Shown here: positions 37,401 to 48,600 of the stretch, piece by piece
How the letters are laid out: the number at the start of each line of letters is the position of its first letter
Position numbering within the stretch: the first letter of the stretch is position 1
NCBI RefSeq assembly: GCF_006345805.1
Contig: NC_043018.1
Coordinates: 4,092,001-4,156,000, forward strand
DNA length: 64,000 nt
Direction: 5' to 3'
Source: Octopus sinensis
Taxonomy: Eukaryota
The notes under the pieces: model-generated
Databases searched by the model: none
Told to the model about the DNA's origin: nothing
The model's input: the letters and a program-made list of their open reading frames with translations, nothing else
Made by a program: the position numbers and the translations under genes

Positions 37401-40400
37401 AGTGACTTCATAGGCGCCTGTTTCGTGCTTGCCCATCAACTGATGTCCGACACTCTTATACTTTGAATAAATAGACTTGGATTTATCAATCTCAGCCCAA
37501 ATGCCTTGTCCGATAACTAGTAACATATTGGTTTAGAATCATGTTATCTTCTTCAATGTACTGTATATTGACATTCGCCTTCCAGACATACAGAACAAGA
37601 GGGTTATAGTCATTAATGGACACTTCCCCTTGTCATCTGTCAAGTTTGTAAAGTTTCTTGACAGTTCTGCCTTTGTGCTGAGACTTTATGCTCTTGGGAC
37701 ATGGAAATCCAAATCTGCATGGGTGTAAAATCAACTGTTTGAATAAATCTGCTTTCTGCAGGATCCACTACAGACATGTCGTTGAAAACGCGACACCAAG
37801 TCTGACAAAACTGGACTTTCCACATTTGATGTAATACAACCAGTGATCATGGACTGTATAAAAGTCTGAATTATACTCTTATTGTCTCTGTCCATAACTG
37901 AGCTATCTTTAATCCACAATTTCATATGAACGTGTGGTGCACCTCTCATCTGGTATTCCAATCTCCAAAAAAAGTGCTCAACCAGACCAAAAGGACTGTG
38001 TTTTTTGTCTAATGTCTTCTCTCATAAAAGTGACAAATCGATGGTGGAAATGCTCACTAACAGCCAGTTCATCATCAACACACAGCTCATTAGTGTGCTT
38101 TGTAGCAACATTTGGTATATCCGCATTCAACTTTTGCAAAAATTCACGCAGATCCGGTCAAAAGTACTCTGCACAAGACAAAGTTAGGAACAAGAGAACT
38201 GGGCCATATTTTTCGTCCAAAGCCATAAAGTCTGAACATTTTCTCGACCAAAATTGCTTGGAACCATGGATATTGGCCATCATCATATTCAAACTGCCCT
38301 CTAGTTGCCTGTCATTGTCATCAAGCCACTGTTTAAACTCGCTTATAGTCATGTGGTTGTTTTTGGTGGTCTTCATAATGGCATCCCAGATTCAATACCT
38401 CACTTATTGGCTTTATCAACAGAAAACATACAATATTGTATATCTTGCTGAAATCTGGAGTCAGTATGACTCAGTCTGTTTCTCAGGAACATGTAAGGTT
38501 TTACGGAGCTGAACGGTCTGTTATCCACGAACATGCCAAATAGTACAAGTTTAGTCACTGGCTCAGCACTTATGTTTGTGTTCTTCATTCCAAAATAATT
38601 AATAGCTTTAAAATTAAGCAGGACAAAAAAGTGATAAGCAGTTGCAATTTTGAAAAACCTTTTATTTTCAGAATTGTGATATCTGGCATTTAAAACGTAG
38701 AAAGTGGAGAAATGCACGCACATGCGCGTGCACACACACACACACATTCGTATTCTGAAGTGGTACCCAAAAGATGTTTTATAAGTTCTGGAGGCTTAAT
38801 TATTGGTAAATGGACTTCACCTTTAGCACAACACATACCAAATGATTCCTTGTCCCACTTCCTAGCACCATAATCTTCACATATTTTGCACATAGAGCCC
38901 AGAAAGACGATTTTTTTCAGATGCATAATTATGATTAGGATCATAATTAAATACTACACCTTGCCATTAAAACCATCTATACTTCTGCTGATTTTCTCTG
39001 GAAAGCTTTCTCCATTTTAGTTGTATTTTTCGGTCACCTTGACTCTCTTGTTTTCTGTTTATTCTACCTTTTTCTCTCCTTTTTTACAATTGTATTTCTT
39101 ATCTTTTTTTATTTTCTTGTACTTTTTTATTCCTATAATTTTCTTTCTTTCTTTACAATCTTATTTCCCTATCTTTATCACCTTCTTATTCTCTTGTCCT
39201 CCTCTCATATTCTCTCATTTTTTGCAACCTAACTTTCTGATAGTTTTTACTATCTTCTACAATTTTCATATTAAGTGTTTGAATTCTCATTCTTTTGTCT
39301 TTTTTATTGTCTTGTGGTATTTTATTTCCTTCTACATTTCTTTCATGCTCAATATTGTTTATGTGAAAGAGAGCATCATAGTGGCCGTTGTTAATTTCAC
39401 CGCTATCTTCCTTTCTGTAAATGTTCGACAACAAACGGTGAACAGAGGAAGAATAATTCCATTGTCTTTTTGTGATGAACCTGAATTGCAACATTGTACA
39501 ATTCACTAATGGCAGCTTATTCATTATGTTCTATCCCTACTTGTGTATGCTTGGTATTCCTCCAGTGTACTATTCAGAATAGAAGAATGAAAATACTTCC
39601 AATTATTGCATATGTATCGTACAGACACTTCCCAAGAGTTCTGTAACTTCTGTTGTTCTTTAGCTAGAGTGACAAGCTCTAAATATACAGTTACCATCGC
39701 CCATGACTTTATTAAAGGGTTGAATTAATAAATTAATGGAATTGTTGAATATCTTTTAATAAATTCAGTAAGGGACTTCACCTTCAGTTTAAGCTTTGGA
39801 TGGTTTTGTGAACAGAACATGGTGGAAAGTTACAACACCAAAAAGGATAAGATACTAAGTGATAGCAATTTCCCCTTTAGAAATCTGTCTTTCTAACTTT
39901 GAGATAGATAAATGACTGATTATAAATTTGTAAATAATAAAAAATGAAATTAATAAGATACTTCACCTTCGATGTTGACTTGAAACGTCATCTTTGTGGA
40001 AAGTGATTTGACTCTGAGTATTTAGTAGACGACAACTTCCTTATCGTCTGTTCATAAACGGAAAAAAGCAATACTCAGTTATTTTCAGATAATTTTGGCT
40101 TAAATGTTGTCAAATACTTGTCTATAGATTTGTGAGTGTGTGTATGTGTGTGTTACAGAGAGAGACAGACAGTAAGAAGGAGAGCAAGAGACACGAGTGG
40201 GACAGAGATTGAATGTGTGCACGTGTCTATCTCTGAATGACAATTGTATTAACATTACTATCCTACTGCCATTCCATATTTGTTGCTTACACAACTCTGC
40301 CCTCCTTTTCTCTGATATTGGTCACATTCTCCACGCCACTGCTTCCCCTCACACTATTGCTAAAGAAGATGAAAAAGACGAACACAAAATTCTTGATTGA

Positions 40401-40667
40401 AGACAGCTACAGGCCAAACTAAAACTATCACTCATTGGTTGATTGAATTGAAAATTAACCAATGAAATGTTTACACCACACAAATGGCAACGGGCCATTA
40501 CACTTTTATTGGAAAGCTAGGCATATATTATCTGGACACACAGTAAGACTCAACTATAACATTCTGTTGTCAGTCACTGCATGCCTGACAGATAAGGCGG
40601 ACTTTAAATGATAATGATGATGTCCCATCCATGCCAGTATGGAAGGCCAACATTAAATGAGGATGGT

Positions 40668-40725
<58 letters not shown>

Positions 40726-42641
40726 ATACACATGCTAACACAGACACAGATTTTTTTGATATCCCAAGATATCCAATTAAGTAATGTCTCCAAATATATT
40801 TTCTCTTATTTAATTTGATGATTTTCAAAGAGGAATTTATTACAAGAAATTTGAGACTTTGCAAAGGATGTGTGTGTGTGTGTGTGTGTTGTTTCTTGTA
40901 GAGTTGATTTTAGAGATGTTTTAATACTAAAAGAAATATTCTTCACATTAGCATAATCAACCAAGTGTAAAAAAATGCGTTCTAATTACATTCTGTATGA
41001 TACATACATACATACATAAATGTTCTCTCTTTTTTTTTTTATATTTTGCTTTGCTTTTTGAGATTTAATGACTACAATGTGTCCTTTCTGATAACCATAT
41101 GTATACCATTGAGTAATGCAATTTCCTTTTTTTTTTTTCCCCCCAAATGTTTTTTCTCTATCTAATCTTTGCATCTTTCAACAGATAACCTTTTATTTTC
41201 ATCTCTTTTTTTTCCTTTTTTTTTTTTAAACTTACAAGGTAGAATAGTTTGTCCAAATGTTTCTTTTCTGAAGTGTTCTGCATAGATTTCTGGGATTTGA
41301 TGTTGATAGCAGAAGACCTGATGTAAACCTGCTTTGTTCACTGCTACCTCAGAGGCTCCACGGTTCTGGGTTAAAAACATTCTATACTAGAATCAACTCT
41401 GCTTTTCATTTTTATGAGGAACAAAGCTAGTAAAATGAATATCTGTAATATACTAAGGGTTATACCAAATTATTTCATCTCTGCACCTAGACAAAATCTT
41501 TTCATTACAATACTGTGTACTCTGTTAAATAAATAAATAAATAAGATAAAGTGACAAATTGGAGTTAAAAATTTACTTTCTCATCTTTTTAATGGATCCC
41601 ATTTTGGATCAGTAAATTTCAGTGATCTTTTACCTATGGACCTTTTTGATTCCTGTTTTGCTCAGGTGGAAACCCTTAGCCATACAGTGTTTAAAAAAAT
41701 CCTATTATATTTTTATTATCAAATATTATTAGGAATTGTATAAAAAAAATAAAAATATTTTGTATCTTGTAGAAGTATAACCGACTTAATGCACAAACAT
41801 TTTAAGAGCAAAATATCCCCTGAACCCCTGAACGTCATTTGGACCCAATTGAGAACCAGTTTTAGATGGGCATCTTTCTACAACTTATTGATCTGTCCCC
41901 CCCCCCCCCCACTTCTTTCCAAAACATTTTCTTTTCTCTCTCTTCTCTCCTCTCACCACCCTTTTTCTGGAGCATCTGGAGGGCGATATGTAGCACACAC
42001 AACTACACCAAGTTGCCTTATATGTACAATTAGTGTGTCACACACCAAATTTGAGTATGCCAAAAGGACCTGGGGTGTGAGGTCCTCACGGATGTACATA
42101 GCAACTCCTCCATGACTCCTTTCTTTTCTGTCAGTCCGTAATACAACATACTGTGGTATGTGTATTTCCGCATCTGCTATGTCTGGTTTCAGGTGTGTTT
42201 CCATAAGTGCTATGCATAAGGTTTGATTGCATGCAAAGGGATTTTTGTCCTGTTACTGAGTGTTAGCAGTCCTCTGATGTTCAGTAGGAGCATTGAGGTG
42301 ATGTGTGTGTTGTTGCCAGTGGTGTCCACCTTGGGTCTATTTGTTGTGGCGGTCTTGTGTATTGTGGATAGTCCCATCTGCGAGTTTGAGTCTGATGGAG
42401 CCAGGTTAGGTGCTGTACAATCTTTTGTGCCATGCACAAAAAAGATTCTTGTTCAACAGCTGCCCTTTCAATAACATGTTGATTGTTTGTAACACGCACT
42501 ACATCTGCGTACCTCCGTTTTGGGGCAGGTGGTGCATAGTCCTTTCCTTTTCCTTTTGGCAGTTGGTTTCTGCCCGGTTTCATGTTTATGTGGCAGGGTC
42601 TTTGGTGTGCAAAACTCAAACAAAATCATATATACATAAAC

Positions 42642-42699
<58 letters not shown>

Positions 42700-45600
42700 C
42701 GCAGGAGTGGCTGTGTGGTAAGTAGCCTTCTTACCAACCACATGGTTCCGGGTTCAGTCCCACTGTGTGGCATCTTGGGCAAATGTCTTCTGCTATAGCC
42801 TCAGGCCGACCAATGCCTTGTGAGTGGATTTGGTAGACGGAAACTGAAAGAAGCCTGTCGTATATATGTATATATACATATATACACATATATGCATTTC
42901 TGGCTTTACAGTTTATTTGTGGGCTAAATCTACATACAGTACAGTACTTATCTGTACAGGGGGTTCTACTAAAAGGATAGGTTCTACCAATTATAGATTT
43001 GATAGGGTTGCCTGGCTTTTCAACAACCTTAATCCTTAGCTTAAGTTTGTCTAGGGTCCTTCTAAAGCGTTACGCCAGTTCACCTCCAGGGGTGGTGTCA
43101 ACGAACATGACACTCTGGTATTTATGGCTATCATACCAAGAGTTGGCCTTCCCTATTTTCTTTTTTGTCCTTTCTATAGTGTTCCATGACTTGTTCCTAT
43201 AGAGTGGGCAAATCCCATTCCTATCATTACATAATATATTATCAAATTTCTTCATGAATCAGAGTATACAAAGGAACCATTGACAGGAAGATGTCCAGTT
43301 TTGATTTAAAAATCGTTACATCTACTTTGTGCAAGTTCCTCAGACTCTTTGGGAGAATATTAAAAAGCTGTGGGCCCTTGAAACCCAGGCTGTTGCTGAA
43401 GCTGGTCCTGAAGGCATTGCTGGGATCTTTGGCACTATGCAGTGTCGTCCCGTTCTAGCATTGGTGTAGCTTACAATGCTAAAATTTGGCACAATTCCTT
43501 CCAGGATCTTCCAGAAATATATTACTGCATACCTCTCCCGTCTTCTCTCCAGGGAGTAGAGTCATAACTGTTTCAACCTTTCCCAGTAGCTGAGCTGTTG
43601 CAAAGAGACGATCTCCTTTGTGAATCTTCTCTGGATTGCTTCAAGGTCTGCTGTTAATTTTACACTGGTGGGTGACCATAGCTGTGAGCAGTAATCCAGG
43701 CAACTGAGGAAGAATGTCCGCCAGAGGACCATCATGGTTTCCATATCTCTGGTTCTGAATGTTCTTAGGATCCACCGAGCCAGTCGTCTGCACTTTGTCG
43801 CCATCCTGGTAATGTGCACTTGGAAAGAGGTATCATCACTCATGTCGATACCCAGGTCCCTCACAAACTTAGGCTCTGGGATTGAAATTCCGTGTGGACC
43901 GGTGTATCCTGTAAATTTAATGTTCAGTTTTGGATGCTGGTGGCGCAGGGCCTGGAATTTTTCAGCATTAAACTGCATATTATTATCCTCAGCCCATCTG
44001 TAGATATGTATATATATATATATATATATATACATATCTATAAACATTATTGGTGAATTGAAGAAATGGAGCTGAACGCAGATTGAACAGAAATCGTTTT
44101 ATTTCATTCTACACGTGTTTCGAAAGGCACAATTACCAAAATCCGATTGAATAATGGGACCATATTGTGTCTTTCTCTTCAGGAAGAAAAAAGGAAATCC
44201 GTTGGAAAAAAAAATCAGAACAGAGGCAGGGCAAAAAACAAATCGAACTGTGCTCCTAAGAGCCCATGGCGAAACTGTTTATCAGTGTATGTTGAGAACC
44301 GGTGGCTGAAGAATTCAACAGGTCAGGCATCGGTCAAACATGTGGGTGAGGGTGTATAGATGTTCTTTGTGACCGAGAATAAAGTTCTGACTATTTAAAG
44401 AATATTGGATGTTTTATAAGGGGCGAGAAAAAATCTACTTAGAGACGTGTGTGTGTGTATACTGTTCTATATATGTGTGTGTTGGCGTAGGGGTAGAAAA
44501 CATTTTTTGTGTACGTGTGTGCGTTTGATCGTTCGGCTGTCAGTGGCTACTGCCGTGATAACCGTTGGGTGGCAGAAAGAAAAAAAATAAAGAATTATAT
44601 ATATATATTTTATGTTTTATGTGTGTGTGTGTGTGTTCATCTAAGCCTACCTTGACAAGGAAACCCCCCGCTGTGAAAAAACAAGCCCCGTTTGTCTTAC
44701 AGGAGTAATTTCCCTTGCAGTGGTTAATTGTAGATATCTTAAAATCTATTTCAGAATTTGTTACCAAGGGCTATGGGTGCCGGTCTATTTATAAACGCTA
44801 TTTAAAGGCCAGATAAGTGTAACGCCGCCAATGGGGGCATCGAAAAGCCGACTGTAAGAGCCCGTTTACCATCCGGCCTCTGGCAAACAAAATATGGAAG
44901 AGTTCGGAGACACAAAGGTTGCACTGTCTTCTGCCCCTATCAAATGGGAGGGCCACCGACAAAATTGACCATTCCAGCCTATAGCTTAAGTTCGCATCCT
45001 TCAGTCGCCATATTAGCTTACTGAGTCCCGTGGTCTGGCGCTTGTTCACGTCCCGAAAAGTTGCGTAATGGTTGGAGACACGCAAAGACAATCTTGAGGA
45101 TGATGCCCCTATATAAGTGAAGGCATCTGAGTCCGTGTAAACCTTGCATTGGTAGACGGCGTTTTTGATCTTGGAGTTCGCCGACGTGAATCTTACTCTG
45201 CTAGGATTGGTTTCTGAAATTAGAACTGCGTTCCTGTCACTATATTCGTTCCGAGACCTGCAGCCGCTTACTACTCTATTTTCCACTACGTCACTATTAA
45301 CTATAGGAATAACCCCTGATTCTCCACTATCTATCAGAGTGCTGTCATTGCTACTGCCCGTGGTACTGCTATTGCAGGAAATGATGCTGGGGATGCTAAA
45401 GGGGCTCTCTACCCTACTCCCATTGTTACCATCAACCACAACACCCCTATTTATAACTATACCCCTAGTGGGTACTCCCTGGCTGGAGCTGAGATTATGT
45501 GTCCCTGTACTGGCTCTCATATCATTATTACTACTATAATTATTCCTACTGAGCATTAAACCGGGAGCGGAAGAGGCTGTGCCTCCGGAAAAAGGTGATA

Positions 45601-48600
45601 GGGTCTTAGTAAGTAGCCTATTATTATGGGAGGCGATTATCTGGGCGAGGTTTTTAGTGTTGGAGAAAGCTATCCTAACTTTATGTGAGTTAACCGTGGA
45701 GTAATATTTGGAATTTCTGGGGAAGTTATTGGCGATGGCTTGTCTAAACATGAGGGGGAGGTTAGTTCTAATCTGCTTACCAAAGGGGATTACAAACCAT
45801 ATATGCTTATTCCTATCAGTGTGATGGGTCGGGACGCCAGCTCTCGCATTTGGGTGGGTGATTCTCGGATGAATAAGGGGTCTTGGGTTAGTGTAAGACC
45901 TCCCGGACCGATAATTATCCTTGTTCGCTAAATTAAATGCGGGAGCGACTACCCCGGTATCCGCCGCGCTCCCGTCCTTACTTAAAATGTTAATGTTATT
46001 ATATACGGCCCTATCCTGATGACCGAATGATGGCATCGGAAGGGCCGGATCAATATAAATTACCTTCTGCCTATAACCGGCCTTGGATAGTGCGGCGTTA
46101 TAAAAATCCGCTTTCTGCTTAAAAATATCGGCACTGGCGGACAGGCCAGACAATCTTAGAGAGATGTTTTTAACCAAATTGTCTGTTACGGTTTTGGCAT
46201 GATTTGAGAAGACACTGACATACTTCAAATTAGTGGAAGGCTTATGGTAAGGGCAGTATGAGTCGCTATTAAGGTTAAGTGTAACGTCTAGGAAATTAGC
46301 CTTGGTGAGTTCGTTATCAAAAACTATACTCATGCCCATTCTATTAAAAAACCTAGCTAACCTGCTCTTAGTTTTCTGCACTATTCTGTTCGTGGTGTTT
46401 TGCAGGTAAAACAGACAATCGTCACGATACAGGCCGCCCGCGATTTCCGGGAATTGATCGGACATTCGTAGAGAATATATATTCCGACCAAATCGGCTAT
46501 CTGCGCACTATCCGAACTACCCATAGGCACATCAAATTCATTGGGAGTATCCTTACGGATCCACAGCTTATTATCAAACTTAATAAACGATTTCCTGGCA
46601 ACTAAAATGATATCTATCTCTTCTCTGGTGAGGCCTGCCTTGTTGTGAGCATGCCAGAGGGCCTTATTTAGCACACTAGGGTTAATCGAGGGGTAGAAGC
46701 TGGCGATATCAAACTGAATGAACCTAGTACGGTTCTTATTGGGGATGGAAGAGAACCACTTCACTACCTGCGAGGAGTTGGCCCAGAGGCTGAGCTTCAG
46801 CTTGTTTACTAAACTAGGGATATATTTATCTAAAATGTACTTACTGATTATCCCGATATCAGATCTAGCAGGGCATATGAGTCTTAGCGCTGGGTTGGTG
46901 TGGAAGTTAGGTTTATGGTCCTTCACTATAAATCTAGGTTGCTTGGGGCTAAGCGGCTGAGTTCTCATTTGAATTCGGTGTTTAAATATTATATCCTTAA
47001 TTTCCAAGTTTACCTTCCTCAGGGTACTCCAATTGGTTTTTCTATAATTTTTCTTGATCTCTTTACCGAGTAAATCTAGGTACTGCTTAATGGGCATCTT
47101 GTATGTGTTCCTGGTCTTGTCGGACTGGACCAGGACTCCGTCCGTTCTATTAATGTCCTTGGTAATTTTATCTAGGTATCTGAGGTGGGCATTTCTCCTG
47201 GGTGACTTCCTGAACTTAATCTTTCTAACTATGTCCCACAAGTCGTCCTCAAACTTCTTCAGTCTTGGGTTCGGTGGCGGGGTATCCAATGTTTTAAAAA
47301 GCCGGCCGTATTCGGACGATGCAGTTGTCCGGTTCGATTTTAGATCTTCGTTCTCGTGGAAGAAAATGAGCCATCTTATCCGGTTTATGAATGCGTTGGT
47401 TTTACAAACCAACTCCTTAAGGAAGGCATCCTTTGGTGGTATAGGAATATCCTTAAGGGACGCATCAATCTCGAACAACTCCATTATTGGCGTCGGTTAA
47501 AGTAGCAGTTTCTTGACGAAGCGGTATGTATTATGTGAAATAGAAAGATGGATAATCTTGTAGTAGATTAATCAAAAGTTTAACCGATACCTTAGTAGCA
47601 AAAATCACAGCAGTGAACAGCACGGTTGGAGGTACAACCATCTGGCGTTGCAACCGTGCGTTGGTGCGGATAATTGATTCCTTAAGGAGTTGGTTTGTAA
47701 AACCAACGCATTCATAAACCGGATAAGATGGCTCATTTTCTTCCACGAGAACGAAGATCTAAAATCGANNNNNNNNNNNNNNNNNNNNNNNNNNNNNNNN
47801 NNNNNNNNNNNNNNNNNNNNNNNNNNNNNNNNNNNNNNNNNNNNNNNNNNNNNNNNNNNNNNNNNNNNGTATATATGTATATATATAATATGTATGTATA
47901 TATGTATATATATATTATGTATGTATATATGTATGTATGTATATATGTATATATATATATATGTAATGTGTATATGTATATATATATGCTTTATTTCTTA
48001 CTGTATTTTCCTTATCTGTTTCAGGGAATTTTAAAAGATGTTCCAAAGTTTGCTTATCCTTGTTCAACAGAATGGTAAGATTTTATTCAGCATGATTGTT
48101 TTTCATTAGTTGAGGATTATGTTTAGTTTTTTCTTCTGGTTAATTGCTTAGTTAAGGAGAAGGTGCTGTGCTCATGGCTCTTTCCAAGAACTCTGCAACT
48201 GGTTGATTAGCGGTGGGAGTGTAGATATCCTGAAGCCAGAGCTATCGCCTAAATGCATGCAACAGAGTGGACTTCACTAAAGGTACATCTGTTTTTTGTC
48301 CGTATACTATATTCATAAATATGTTCTGTTTTATGTAAAAAATTTCTCATCACCTGAACCTTTGTATGGTTGTGTATGTGTGATGAAGGATTTTATTTTG
48401 CAACAGCTTCATTCTGGGTTTGATCAGACTGTATGGCACCTTTCTGTAGTTCAGGCCAACCGAAATTATGTGAGTAAAATTTTGGTTCAATGGCCATTCT
48501 TGTTCTTTGCCATACCCTTCTTTCACCTAGCCCATGAGTGCCTTGAGAATCTTCTCTGATGTAAACAATCAGAGCAGGTTTCCTATCTGAAAATAACTTC

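Noticed and set aside
46455-46475. Programmed -1 ribosomal frameshift in the PLE
   Set aside because: No X XXY YYZ slippery heptamer; a point deletion or read error is simpler.
44798-47484. Selenocysteine recoding, reported for some Naiad elements
   Set aside because: No in-frame TGA in either ORF, and no SECIS recognised.
47485-47560. Hammerhead ribozyme in the PLE 5' UTR
   Set aside because: TTGACGA and GAAA-like strings occur, but there is no CUGANGA core with pairing stems on either strand.
48157-48282. Possible 126-nt phase 2-2 cassette exon
   Set aside because: It has an in-frame TAA just before the donor, a weak acceptor and no DENN similarity.
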